From an uncultured Candidatus Saccharibacteria bacterium (lineage in GTDB: Bacteria; Patescibacteriota; Minisyncoccia; Phycocordibacterales; UBA9973): a stretch of 64,000 nucleotides of DNA. The first letter of the stretch is position 1. The number at the start of each line of letters is the position of its first letter. Shown piece by piece: positions 1-9,633 of the stretch. The notes under the pieces are model-generated. The model saw only the letters and a list, made by a program, of their open reading frames with translations. It made no database searches and had not been told where the DNA came from. The position numbers and the translations under genes are program-made. The DNA is taken from assembly GCA_964474375.1 (NCBI GenBank), contig CAYYSG010000002.1:980-64979 (forward strand), in the 5' to 3' direction.

Positions 1-176
1 GAATTTATTATATACAGACTTTTTTATGAAGGAATAAATACCGCAAACCTAATTTTAGATTCTACAGCATATCTTTTTTCTATAGAATTTTCAGAAACCC
101 CGGAAAAACCCAACAAAAAGAAAGACCAGTATTTAACGTTTAGTCAATCTTCCGCTAAATAATCCGACATTTAAAA

Positions 177-207
177 GCACCGCATATAATATATACGCGG
201 TGTTTTG
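177..207 (+). terminator. intrinsic terminator hairpin (caccgcatataatatatacgcggtg) + T-run, from an upstream gene outside window
   Basis: Inverted repeat followed by ttttgtttt, read directly. Confidence 0.4.
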
Positions 208-209
208 TT

Positions 210-572
210 TTGGGTTATAATATAGTTATGACAATATATAACTTACCCGATGATTTAACTACTGGGCATTGCGTCCCATGTGAAGGCGGAACCGCGCCAC
301 TGACAAAAGACGAGTCCACTGCCCTGTTAGTTAAAATTCCAAAATGGAATTTATCTATAGACTCGCATTCTATAAATCGCGAATTTAAATTTGCTGACTT
401 TAAAACAGCGCTGGAGTTTGTAAACAAAGTTGGCATCGCTGCTGAAATTGAAGGCCACCACCCTGATATAGAACTAGGTTGGGGCCGTGTACACATTACC
501 CTGTCCACCCACACTATTGGCGGACTGTCCGTAAACGACTTTATACTGGCAGCGAAGATAGATAAGATATAA
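210..572 (+). CDS. pterin-4a-carbinolamine dehydratase (PCD/DCoH family)
   Basis: 120 aa; diagnostic EGHHPD motif and family-typical length; -10-like tataat just upstream. Confidence 0.8.
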   Translation: MGYNIVMTIYNLPDDLTTGHCVPCEGGTAPLTKDESTALLVKIPKWNLSIDSHSINREFKFADFKTALEFVNKVGIAAEIEGHHPDIELGWGRVHITLSTHTIGGLSVNDFILAAKIDKI

Positions 573-581
573 AAAATAAAA

Positions 582-604
582 GGCCACCCTATATAAGGGC
601 GGCC
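582..604. terminator. bidirectional terminator hairpin between convergent genes
   Basis: ggccaccc/gggcggcc stem (one mismatch) flanked by A-run and T-run. Confidence 0.5.
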
Positions 605-611
605 GGAATAT

Positions 612-1262
612 TTATTTTAAAAATAAGAACATATCAGTTGACTCAATAAATCTATCGTTAGCAATACGGACAAGTTCTAAAGCTTTACCAGGACTCTTCT
701 TTTTAACCTTTTTACCATAGTAAGATATTCTCAGAATATGTAGACGCTTAGAATCATCCTGCTGGCAAGGTAATGAACCAGAACAATAAACAGCTTGACC
801 TTCCTGAATGGAATCATTGGTAGTTATGCATAAAGCATACAAACCACCAGATACAGACATGTCCTTGAATCCTTGTTCATGGGCAGCCAAGAAAAACTGA
901 TCCATTGAGACCTGAGCTTGGAATCCCAACATTTGAGGTGTTACATATTGAACATCAGTTGGAATATCCTCTTCATCAATAATAAAGTCTTTTTGATTGA
1001 TAAAATTTTTTGCCCAACTCTCAATCCTAACCCCAGATGCAATGACTTCATTTAAAAGTCTATCTTTAGGTGAACCCTCAAAGGAATTCATAAATACTCT
1101 AAACTTATCTAGAACTTTTCTTGATTCATCTTTAGGTCCAGATAATAGTTGCAGTAACCGTTCAATCATAGGAGAAACCTCTCCTAACTCGATTTGGCCG
1201 TTCGGTTCAGGGCCATCTTTTTTTCTTTTGAACCACATATTTTGGTTATATATATTTATCAC
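612..1262 (-). CDS. hypothetical protein (no recognisable domain), last gene of 3-gene operon
   Basis: 216-aa ORF, 41 bp downstream of the 709-aa ORF, same strand. Confidence 0.55.
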   Translation of the reverse strand: MINIYNQNMWFKRKKDGPEPNGQIELGEVSPMIERLLQLLSGPKDESRKVLDKFRVFMNSFEGSPKDRLLNEVIASGVRIESWAKNFINQKDFIIDEEDIPTDVQYVTPQMLGFQAQVSMDQFFLAAHEQGFKDMSVSGGLYALCITTNDSIQEGQAVYCSGSLPCQQDDSKRLHILRISYYGKKVKKKSPGKALELVRIANDRFIESTDMFLFLK

Positions 1263-1303
1263 ATAATATAATCAATTTATGTTTTTGTCAAATAAATTCT
1301 TCC

Positions 1304-3433
1304 CTATTCTTTTGGAACCTTTCTAACAGCCTGAACTTTACTACCACCTGCAATGAACATCTCGTGCGGTATTTTTTCCATATCAGAAATATATGCAGAA
1401 ACATAGCTAACAATTGTTGGTCTATTAGAAAGCCTATCCCCTGTACTATCAATAATATACAGATCTTCGATGTTGTTATCTTCCATAAATTCTCGAGCGA
1501 CTTTTATAGACTCTTCCACGAAAGACACTGGGGATGTTGATTCAAGGTATTGTACAGTTGGATTAAAACCCCGAAGTACTACTGATTTTTTATCATTAAT
1601 AGTTTCAATGTATGCCATAGTGAGACCTTTTATTTGATTATCTTCGTTAACTACATTTACATGAAAATGATTTGGGTTATTCCATAGTTCAATATCTTGC
1701 GCAGTACAAAGTCCTGCTGCAGCCTTGGAAAAGAAAGATCCCTGATTTTTAGAAATATACATATCAGCTGAAATTGATGCACTAGTGGTATCTTCACTTT
1801 TAGTATATTTACGTAATTCTTTATTAGACATCACGACATATTTAGACAAAACCTTGTCCGAAAACACCTGAGCCATTAGTTCAAGCTCGGTAAATTCTTT
1901 TGTGAATTCATTATCTTCTTGATAGCCCAATGCTTTCAAAAGGTTTACTCGCCTCTCAGGACGCGCTAAAATTTTTTCCAAGCGTTCTTTAAATTTTAAA
2001 TCTTTCCCTAAATATAGAGTAATTGCAGATGGTAGATTGTCTTGCGTAAAAATACTAAACATTTCTTTAGAAGACCCTAATGCTCGAAACGTCTTCATAC
2101 CGGGAGATTCTTCTAGCTCACTCGCAGACCATGTATTTTGCTGATTTTTCACCTGATCAAAATCCTGCATCAAGGAAAACAAAGACACGACCTCCTCGTG
2201 TGTAAAATCTGTTGTTGCACGAGCTAATCGTAGTAATGGTTCCTGTATTTCCAAAGATTTTTTGGGTACCTCAAAGAATGACTTTACTTTTGAAATAGTT
2301 TCGGGATTTAGAGATTCTCCTTTTTTAAGTTCAAAACTAACTGTTTTAAATTCTACTGGGTATTTATCCTGAATTATATATTCCTTCAAGTCCTGTGTGC
2401 GATCTGGAACAGCACTGACTAATTCTTTTACCTTAGCAAAACTCATATTTACAGGATTGTACGCTCGGTACATAAGATCAACCATAACATTTCTATCCTC
2501 TTCTGGTAGGTTATCTATAGAAATAGACTCATTCTTAAAAAACCTACTATAGTCAAAAGACTCAAGCCATTTTTTAAATTCTATTTTTTCTTTTCCATCT
2601 AAAGTCCTGTATTTTGCATAAACACCTGGAGTAATTGGACTAATTTCTTGCAACGCATCCCAAATACTATTTTCCTTAGATAAATCAGTTATTCCTAGCT
2701 CCGCACAAATATCTATAACATTATTAAACTGATTTGGTGATTGCGAAATAAGTTTTCTTAATAATGGAATATTACTTTCATTTTTAATTAGAGGTAGTGT
2801 ATTCTTACTAAACCTATTATTTTTTATACACAGATGAGTAAAGTATGAAAATAGTTTATCGGGTACACTTTTGCGTGCCATAAAATGTATTGCGTATTGT
2901 GTGCCTTTTGTATTATCAACATCAATTAAATTCTTTATTAAACGAGATGCACTTTGTGGATTCTGTGCAATATATTCATAAACAACACTATCACCTTCTG
3001 ATGGTAATACATTAAGAACTTTTTCTAAGAAATCAGGAGCTGTTTTAAAGTCATAATGCTCCATTGACTTGAGAAAAGCTCTAATCTCAATGGGCTCATA
3101 AAGAGTACCCAAATCATATTCAGTCAATTTTGTATCATCACGAAGAGCAGTACCCATTTTAGATGCTATTTGAACTGATTTAGAATAAGATTCAATATTA
3201 GGAACAACACTATTAAAATAGTACGTCATTGCAAAAATATTATTAACATTGCCTGATGAAAAAACTTTTTGAATCATCTCATTAGAATCTTTTTCAAAAG
3301 AAGAAGATTTTTCTTTGTTTTTTACTATATTAGTTATCTCAATATTATCACGGACTCCTTCTATGAAAGATTTTAGATTACTAGCCACAAAACCACCTGG
3401 TTTTGGAGATTTTATGTCATCAGAAATATTCAT
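1304..3433 (-). CDS. large hypothetical protein (709 aa, soluble, no recognisable motif)
   Basis: Long uninterrupted ORF, codon usage consistent with neighbours. Confidence 0.6.
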   Translation of the reverse strand: MNISDDIKSPKPGGFVASNLKSFIEGVRDNIEITNIVKNKEKSSSFEKDSNEMIQKVFSSGNVNNIFAMTYYFNSVVPNIESYSKSVQIASKMGTALRDDTKLTEYDLGTLYEPIEIRAFLKSMEHYDFKTAPDFLEKVLNVLPSEGDSVVYEYIAQNPQSASRLIKNLIDVDNTKGTQYAIHFMARKSVPDKLFSYFTHLCIKNNRFSKNTLPLIKNESNIPLLRKLISQSPNQFNNVIDICAELGITDLSKENSIWDALQEISPITPGVYAKYRTLDGKEKIEFKKWLESFDYSRFFKNESISIDNLPEEDRNVMVDLMYRAYNPVNMSFAKVKELVSAVPDRTQDLKEYIIQDKYPVEFKTVSFELKKGESLNPETISKVKSFFEVPKKSLEIQEPLLRLARATTDFTHEEVVSLFSLMQDFDQVKNQQNTWSASELEESPGMKTFRALGSSKEMFSIFTQDNLPSAITLYLGKDLKFKERLEKILARPERRVNLLKALGYQEDNEFTKEFTELELMAQVFSDKVLSKYVVMSNKELRKYTKSEDTTSASISADMYISKNQGSFFSKAAAGLCTAQDIELWNNPNHFHVNVVNEDNQIKGLTMAYIETINDKKSVVLRGFNPTVQYLESTSPVSFVEESIKVAREFMEDNNIEDLYIIDSTGDRLSNRPTIVSYVSAYISDMEKIPHEMFIAGGSKVQAVRKVPKE

Positions 3434-3537
3434 TAGTAGATTCTCTGTGTATTTTATTGACTCTTCAAATAATCCAGCACGGGCTAATGTATTAATAAAT
3501 AGATTTTCATGAGGATGTGTCCCCGACTTTAGTAAAT

Positions 3538-4629
3538 CTATTTTTTTATGTATTGTATAACAAAATCAGATACTATAGGATCAAGTAAGCGTTCTGTTTT
3601 TATTTTTTCTAAAAACTGTGCTGGATATTGCACATCTTCACTTGAAAGCAATTTACCGGCCATGACCAAATCTCCGATATTAATATAGCCAGCTATTATA
3701 TTTTGATACATATTCTCAAACCCACTATCTTGGTTTTCTGCAATTCTAATAGCTTTATTAAAGATATCTTCAACAGGAAGATTCATGCCGTGAGCAGAAA
3801 CGGCAATATCCATAAGTGGACCAACGGCCTCGGTAGGATTTTTTAAAAAATCTATTAGACCTAAAGCCCGGTCTATTTGATTATCATGAATATAGATATG
3901 TATTAAATGCAGTAAATCCTTGTTAGCGTCATTTGTTGAAAAATCTTTAGACAAAGATTCCAGTATAGTATTTTCAATCTGAGTAAAATTAGCTTCACGA
4001 GTAGGATCATCTTTATTTAATCTAAGATTTAAAACAAGCATTTGCCTTTCTTTCTGACGAGGGTCTCTTATTTTTTCAATAACATCCTGAGCTTGTTTAA
4101 CATCCCCATTCCTAATGTATAGAACGGAAATCATTTTTAAAATATCGTCCGAATTTAATCCAAATGGCAAATGAATTTCTGTATGATCATCAATAGTTAA
4201 ACCAGGGTTATCATTTATTTTTTTTTTAAAATGCTCTAATATTTTTACTACGTTATCATCAGGAGGAATTCTAAGGCTTATGTAGAAATCTAAAATTTTT
4301 TGAAAGTTATCATTTGCTATAACCGAAGAATTATAGCCAATCGAATCATTTATGGCTTCGTCAACATAAGTCTGATATGGTTTACCTGTTAAAGCACAAG
4401 ATTCCGCTACAGCAATAAGACCACTTGTATTTAAATTTTTTAAATCTTCTATCTCAGTAGTATTTTCTAAAATGTATTTATTTATTACTTCGATCCTAGT
4501 AGCAATATCTTGACCTCTCGCTGTATTCTGAAAAAATTCTTGAGTATTAGTAAGGCCTTCTAAAGGATTTTTTGTTTTTTCAGGGTTTGGTGTTTCTGAC
4601 GGTTTTCTGGTAAATTCAGGACTTTTCAT
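3538..4629 (-). CDS. hypothetical protein, apparently alpha-helical repeat-like
   Basis: 363-aa ORF immediately after the rpsR terminator; no catalytic motif seen. Confidence 0.55.
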   Translation of the reverse strand: MKSPEFTRKPSETPNPEKTKNPLEGLTNTQEFFQNTARGQDIATRIEVINKYILENTTEIEDLKNLNTSGLIAVAESCALTGKPYQTYVDEAINDSIGYNSSVIANDNFQKILDFYISLRIPPDDNVVKILEHFKKKINDNPGLTIDDHTEIHLPFGLNSDDILKMISVLYIRNGDVKQAQDVIEKIRDPRQKERQMLVLNLRLNKDDPTREANFTQIENTILESLSKDFSTNDANKDLLHLIHIYIHDNQIDRALGLIDFLKNPTEAVGPLMDIAVSAHGMNLPVEDIFNKAIRIAENQDSGFENMYQNIIAGYINIGDLVMAGKLLSSEDVQYPAQFLEKIKTERLLDPIVSDFVIQYIKK

Positions 4630-4656
4630 AGATAGCCCAATTATACCATAAAAAAT

Positions 4657-4677
4657 AAAACCCCCAGAGGGGGTTTT
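4657..4677 (-). terminator. intrinsic terminator (aaaaccccc aga gggggtttt)
   Basis: Perfect GC stem with flanking A/T runs downstream of rpsR. Confidence 0.6.
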
Positions 4678-4693
4678 ATTAAGTGCAATTGTA

Positions 4694-4894
4694 CTATTTT
4701 GCGATAAATGGAATTAGTCCCATGAATCGTGCGCGCTTTACTGCTTCTTCCATCTTGCGTTGGTTTTTAGCTGTAAGGTTTGTCTTTTTGCGAGACAATA
4801 ATCTTGCATTTGGAGCTAAGAACTTTTTCAATAGTTCTGTATCTTTATAGTCCACGTGCTTTAGATTATTTTGTGTAAAAAAATCTTGTTTCAT
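4694..4894 (-). CDS. rpsR: 30S ribosomal protein S18
   Basis: 66 aa; conserved S18 core RKKTNLTAKNQRKM...AVKRARFMGL; third gene of rpsF-ssb-rpsR. Confidence 0.9.
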   Translation of the reverse strand: MKQDFFTQNNLKHVDYKDTELLKKFLAPNARLLSRKKTNLTAKNQRKMEEAVKRARFMGLIPFIAK

Positions 4895-4904
4895 ATATTA
4901 TGGT

Positions 4905-5369
4905 TTAAAACGGAATGTCTTCCAAATTATTATCTTCTCCTGGGTAGTCTATTGGGCCAAAGTCGTCGCTGCCATTTTCCTGTGAAGTGTCTTCACCTTT
5001 GAATGCGCTTGGTCCTGTTATGCCCATTTCTGAGCCATTTGATGTTTTTGGTCCGAATTGGAAACCATCAGTAACTATTTCTGTACGGTATCTCTTTGTG
5101 CCGTCTGGGCCATCCCATGAACGAGTTTGCATGCGACCAGTAATCATCATGATGTTACCCTTTTTCATGTATTTAGCGATTGTTTCGCCTTGGTTACCAA
5201 AAGCTACAACATTGTGATAGTCAGTAGCAGTTTCTTTCGCGCCCTGAGGGTTTTTCCAAGTGCGGTTTGTTGCGATAGTAAAACTTGCAACTTTGATACC
5301 GCTTGGCAATACCTTTAGTTCTGGGTCGCGTGTTAGGTTTCCGATAATAAGTGCTTGGTTAAAGTACAT
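4905..5369 (-). CDS. ssb: single-stranded DNA-binding protein
   Basis: OB-fold SSB N-terminus, Gly/acidic tail ending in DIPF. Confidence 0.9.
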   Translation of the reverse strand: MYFNQALIIGNLTRDPELKVLPSGIKVASFTIATNRTWKNPQGAKETATDYHNVVAFGNQGETIAKYMKKGNIMMITGRMQTRSWDGPDGTKRYRTEIVTDGFQFGPKTSNGSEMGITGPSAFKGEDTSQENGSDDFGPIDYPGEDNNLEDIPF

Positions 5370-5390
5370 ATAGTTTTATATTAATTACTA

Positions 5391-5918
5391 TTAATTGTTT
5401 TCTTCAAGCGGAGCTTTTTCTTCTGTTACTATTTCTGGAGCTGTTACTTCGTCTTCTTTAGCGTCTACAAGAGCGTCGATTTCTTTGTCTACTTGAACAA
5501 CGTCGATTTTTTCTTCGTCGCCTCCGCGTGATGAACGTTTCTTCATTGGAGTAAATAGCTTCTTCGGTGCCATTGTATTTTCGCGTACAGTTACAATAAG
5601 AAGTGAACGGAATACTTCGTCCATTATTTCAAGATCTTTCTTGAAAGAATGAGCTGATTCTGTATCAACTTCGAACTTGATCCAACCGAAATATCCTTTT
5701 GCGAATTTTTGTTTCTTGTTGTTAACTGTTGGAAACATTGTGTATGCCAAATCGATTTTCTTCGGCATTTCTTCACTAATAACTACTGCCCCGTACGAGT
5801 CGAGAGCGTCCTTTATTTTATTGACATACTGTGGAACCTCTTCTTCCGCCAATGTCGGAATAAGATGGTAGCCAAGCTCGTAGACCTTGACTAGCATATC
5901 TTCTTTATTAATACTCAT
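5391..5918 (-). CDS. rpsF: 30S ribosomal protein S6 (with acidic C-terminal extension)
   Basis: S6 fold signature at N-terminus; conserved rpsF-ssb-rpsR order. Confidence 0.8.
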   Translation of the reverse strand: MSINKEDMLVKVYELGYHLIPTLAEEEVPQYVNKIKDALDSYGAVVISEEMPKKIDLAYTMFPTVNNKKQKFAKGYFGWIKFEVDTESAHSFKKDLEIMDEVFRSLLIVTVRENTMAPKKLFTPMKKRSSRGGDEEKIDVVQVDKEIDALVDAKEDEVTAPEIVTEEKAPLEENN

Positions 5919-5939
5919 GCCGACACTATAGCAAATAAA

Positions 5940-6758
5940 TTACCGTTTGTCTAGGTCAAGATTGAACACCTTGTTGGCGTTTTCGATTAGCTTTTTACGG
6001 ACTATTTCAGGCTCTAAACCCCTGATTTCAGCTATTTTCTTGTACACAAATTCTACATAATATGGATAGTTTGTTTGGCCACGATACGGCACAGGAGCCG
6101 CAAAGGGCGCGTCTGTTTCCGCCATAATGTTGTCTATCGAAATAGTGCTAATAACACCGTCATAGTCATTACTGAACGTTATAGGCCCATCGTAGGACAC
6201 ACTCCAGCCTTTCTCTACTATCTTTTGAGCTATTTCAAGGTTACCCACAAAAAAATGAAAATTAGCATGCCTAGTAAATTTCTGCTCTTCTAGTATGCGA
6301 ATTGTATCAATGTAGGCGTCCTGACTATTCACATGCGGACGAGCATGAATCATCAAAGGTAAACCCAGCTCTTCGGCTAATTTGATATGCTGAATAAATA
6401 AATCTTTCTGCCGAGTTATTTCGTCTTCTATTGCCCTACCGTCTACGACTTTTAACCGGTAGTAGTCTATCCCGCATTCGCCTATTGCGACGACTTTTTT
6501 ATTTTGAGCTAGTTCTTTGTATTTATCATAATCGAAATCTTCATCTGGATTGTCGTTAGGATGTTGTCCAACTGTCGCCCAAAGTATGTCCGGGTTTTTA
6601 TTAGCTAACTCTACAGCCGTAACCGAAGTATCATAGTCCACGCCTACTGTAATAGTGCCGATTTTGTTTTCCCGTAAATTACTAATGATGTCACTAGCGT
6701 TACTTAGAAGCGGTTCAATGTTCAAATGCGAATGTATGTCGATATAGTTTAGTTCCAT
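5940..6758 (-). CDS. tatD: TatD-family metal-dependent hydrolase/DNase
   Basis: IDIHSHL, GECGIDYY, HAR and ETDAPF motifs of TatD. Confidence 0.85.
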   Translation of the reverse strand: MELNYIDIHSHLNIEPLLSNASDIISNLRENKIGTITVGVDYDTSVTAVELANKNPDILWATVGQHPNDNPDEDFDYDKYKELAQNKKVVAIGECGIDYYRLKVVDGRAIEDEITRQKDLFIQHIKLAEELGLPLMIHARPHVNSQDAYIDTIRILEEQKFTRHANFHFFVGNLEIAQKIVEKGWSVSYDGPITFSNDYDGVISTISIDNIMAETDAPFAAPVPYRGQTNYPYYVEFVYKKIAEIRGLEPEIVRKKLIENANKVFNLDLDKR

Positions 6759-6792
6759 ATATGAATACTATCATGCAAAATAGCAAAAACAA

Positions 6793-6812
6793 ATCCGCCC
6801 AACTGGGCGGAT
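6793..6812 (-). terminator. intrinsic terminator (atccgccc aact gggcggat)
   Basis: GC hairpin downstream of tatD. Confidence 0.5.
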
Positions 6813-6827
6813 TGTATATAGATATTT

Positions 6828-7454
6828 TTATTTATTTATCAGTCCTTTGTATGAAAGCATTCGGTTATATTTTGAAGGTGATGGAATATATTCAATGTCA
6901 TAGATTCCACAAAACTTGATTGCAGTAGTTGTGGCATCCTCTAGACTAACATCAGACTCTACTTCAATTTCATAATCAATGTAACCGTCCTCGAAAAAAA
7001 CTTGATCAATATAAATTCGGATATGTTCTCCGTAATTATGCTCTATTTGCTTACGCAGTATACTAAGAACGCCTTTATAAAAAACAGGTTCTTGTTTGTA
7101 TACTAAAATAAAATTCAAGGCCTTACGGACGGGACTGTTAGGAATACATTGATTCTTTTTTAAAATATTATACATTCCTTCTGTAAAAAATGAATGGTAT
7201 TCGGATATGCTTTTGTCTTCTCTTTCAACTTTCAAATGTAGCTTGTAATTTTTGTCATCCTTATTACCCCATATTCTAACCCGCAAAGTACAACCGTTAC
7301 GAAAAAGTTTAAATCTAGTAGTATCAAAATATTCATTTTTATATGATGATTCATTTAGTAAAACATTCGTAGATACGATTTGATTATACTTATCTTCTGG
7401 AATCAAAGTCTTGGCTTCGTTTTCAATTTCTGTTGGTTGTACTGTATGTTCCAT
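6828..7454 (-). CDS. CYTH-domain protein (triphosphate tunnel metalloenzyme; class IV adenylate cyclase / triphosphatase family)
   Basis: N-terminal EIENEAK (ExExK), LRVRIW (RxR), KLHLKVERE, C-terminal IDYEIEVES (ExExE) acidic motif pattern. Confidence 0.6.
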   Translation of the reverse strand: MEHTVQPTEIENEAKTLIPEDKYNQIVSTNVLLNESSYKNEYFDTTRFKLFRNGCTLRVRIWGNKDDKNYKLHLKVEREDKSISEYHSFFTEGMYNILKKNQCIPNSPVRKALNFILVYKQEPVFYKGVLSILRKQIEHNYGEHIRIYIDQVFFEDGYIDYEIEVESDVSLEDATTTAIKFCGIYDIEYIPSPSKYNRMLSYKGLINK

Positions 7455-7460
7455 ATTTAT

Positions 7461-8078
7461 TTATATTTTAAAATGTTGTTTGATTGCTTTGTAGGTTTGG
7501 AATTTTAACTCCTCGATCTTTCCAGCGAATCCTCCGGAATTGTTATGAATTATGGGATTACCAAAATAACCTTGCCATATCAGACGAAGATCCATATCGA
7601 TTTTTGCAGCCTCTTCGGGTGTTTCAGGACGCTCGGGGTCTATCTTGTAGTGCTCTATGGCTCCAATAGCTGCTGTTACCAAATGAATAGGTTGAGTATA
7701 TCTTTGCGATATGACTTTTTCCGACATTCTATAATTATCTAGCAGTGTCATCCATTCTGTCTCTGACATGTACGCCTTGTTAGTCATGAGTGAACGATCG
7801 TAGAAAATCGCAACCCTGTCAGCTTGGCTTTTCAAAATCTCAAATGCTTTTTCAAGAGCCTTTGATTCATTTTCAAGCTGTAGGCTAAATATTCCATTGT
7901 GAACCTTTTGCCTGTCTACAATTTCACGGCCATTTTTCTTAAAATAGATTCGGGCTGATTCTGGAACAATTATTGGCATGATTCCTTTTGGAATCAAGTA
8001 GTCTTCAAGATGCATAAATCCTTCTGTTTTACCACCACAAGGACCACCATCGATTGGGATGTGTATTATATTTTTCAT
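7461..8078 (-). CDS. P-loop NTPase, AAA_28/NadR-RNK-like small kinase family
   Basis: Walker A IDGGPCGGKT at residue 9; about 200 aa kinase-size; 6 bp from CYTH gene. Confidence 0.5.
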   Translation of the reverse strand: MKNIIHIPIDGGPCGGKTEGFMHLEDYLIPKGIMPIIVPESARIYFKKNGREIVDRQKVHNGIFSLQLENESKALEKAFEILKSQADRVAIFYDRSLMTNKAYMSETEWMTLLDNYRMSEKVISQRYTQPIHLVTAAIGAIEHYKIDPERPETPEEAAKIDMDLRLIWQGYFGNPIIHNNSGGFAGKIEELKFQTYKAIKQHFKI

Positions 8079-8138
8079 ATTACTTTTTCTTTAGAATACC
8101 ACAATTATATAACTAGTCAAACAGCCAAGATTTAACAA

Positions 8139-8170
8139 AAAAACCACAAAAGGTTTACCTTTGTGGTTTT
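8139..8170 (-). terminator. intrinsic terminator (aaaaccacaaagg ... cctttgtggtttt)
   Basis: Inverted repeat with T-run downstream of metG. Confidence 0.55.
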
Positions 8171-8185
8171 ATAAATACAACTAAT

Positions 8186-9631
8186 TTAGTCCCTGCGTAG
8201 GAATATTGGCATAGCAGGCTTTTTGTTTTGTTTTATTGCAGTTAGGATTTTTTCAGCTGTTTCGGGTAAAAATGGTTCTAACATTTTAGCTATTTTTGCT
8301 AGCTCTATGACATTGTTTTTCATAAGTTCGATGCCTTTGACTTTGTCGGACTTTATAACCTTGAAAGGCTCGGTTTCTTGAATGTGTTTGTCCAGCGCAT
8401 TTGCTTTGTTGAAAACAATATCCATAGCTGTTTGTACGGAATACTGCTCCAAAGCAGAATCGATTTCTTTACTTATAGGAAATTCAGGAATTTCAACACT
8501 GTTATTTATATACTTTTCAGCAAGAGTCATTATTCTTGAAGTCAAATTCCCTATTCCATTCGCAAGCCCGCTGTTATAAGCATCCTTGAAACGATCCATC
8601 GTAAATGGTGAATCTTCAAAATTCGAAACTTCACGCAATAAGAAATAACGCAAGGCATCAGTTCCATATTCAGTTACGATATCACGCGGGTCAATTACAT
8701 TACCCAGTGTTTTACTCATGCGCACACCGCCGTCACCTGTAATGAACCCGTTTACTACTACCCTATGCGAATTCGGAACGTCCGCTGCCATGAGCATGGC
8801 TTGCCACATCGCACCTTGGAAACGGGTATTGTCTTTACCGCAGTATTGAGTCGGTGTGCCATGTATCCAGAACTTTTCAAAATCACCATTTGTTTCTGGC
8901 CAGCCTAGTGTATTTATATAGTTAGTAAGTGCATCAAACCAAACATACATTACATGTTCATCATCCCCAGGTACTGGTATACCCCACGGCATTTTGGATT
9001 TTAATCTAGATATAGAAAAATCCTGCAGCCCGTCGGCAACGAATTTTTTAATTTCGTTATATCTAAATTCTGGAATTATGAATTCAGGATTCTTGTTATA
9101 AAAATCAGTTAGTTTGTCTTGAAAAGCCGAGTATTTGAAAAAATAATTTTCTTCGCTAATTAGTTCCAAATTAATACCCGGATGTAGTGGGCAAAACCCA
9201 TCATCATTTAGTTCACTGTCAGTCTTTTCGGATTCGCAGCCAACACAATATTTAGTAGAATAATTCTTTTTGTATATATAACCGTTATCCATCACACGCT
9301 TCCAAAAAAATTGTGCACTGGACTCATGGTTCTTGTCAGTAGTTCGGATATAATGCACAGCTGATTCGTCTATACCGAACATAGCTAGCTGATCTTTAAA
9401 TGTAGCAAATCCAGCATCGACAAATTCCTGAGCAGTTATACCTTTTTCTTTAGCCTTCTCGTAGATTTTCATGCCGTGTTCGTCCGTACCTGTATTCAAA
9501 AAAACATCAAATCCTGCTATTTTTTTATAACGCGCGATAGAATCCGCTCGTATAAATTCCAATGCATGCCCCATGTGCAGTGGTGCATTCACATATGGTA
9601 ATGTGGTTGTAATGTAAAAGCTTTTATTCAT
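8186..9631 (-). CDS. metG: methionyl-tRNA synthetase, short form lacking C-terminal tRNA-binding domain
   Basis: Class I N-terminus ...LHMGH, zinc knuckle CPLHPG, KMSKTLGNVIDP; only 481 aa. Confidence 0.85.
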   Translation of the reverse strand: MNKSFYITTTLPYVNAPLHMGHALEFIRADSIARYKKIAGFDVFLNTGTDEHGMKIYEKAKEKGITAQEFVDAGFATFKDQLAMFGIDESAVHYIRTTDKNHESSAQFFWKRVMDNGYIYKKNYSTKYCVGCESEKTDSELNDDGFCPLHPGINLELISEENYFFKYSAFQDKLTDFYNKNPEFIIPEFRYNEIKKFVADGLQDFSISRLKSKMPWGIPVPGDDEHVMYVWFDALTNYINTLGWPETNGDFEKFWIHGTPTQYCGKDNTRFQGAMWQAMLMAADVPNSHRVVVNGFITGDGGVRMSKTLGNVIDPRDIVTEYGTDALRYFLLREVSNFEDSPFTMDRFKDAYNSGLANGIGNLTSRIMTLAEKYINNSVEIPEFPISKEIDSALEQYSVQTAMDIVFNKANALDKHIQETEPFKVIKSDKVKGIELMKNNVIELAKIAKMLEPFLPETAEKILTAIKQNKKPAMPIFLRRD

Positions 9632-9633
9632 TT

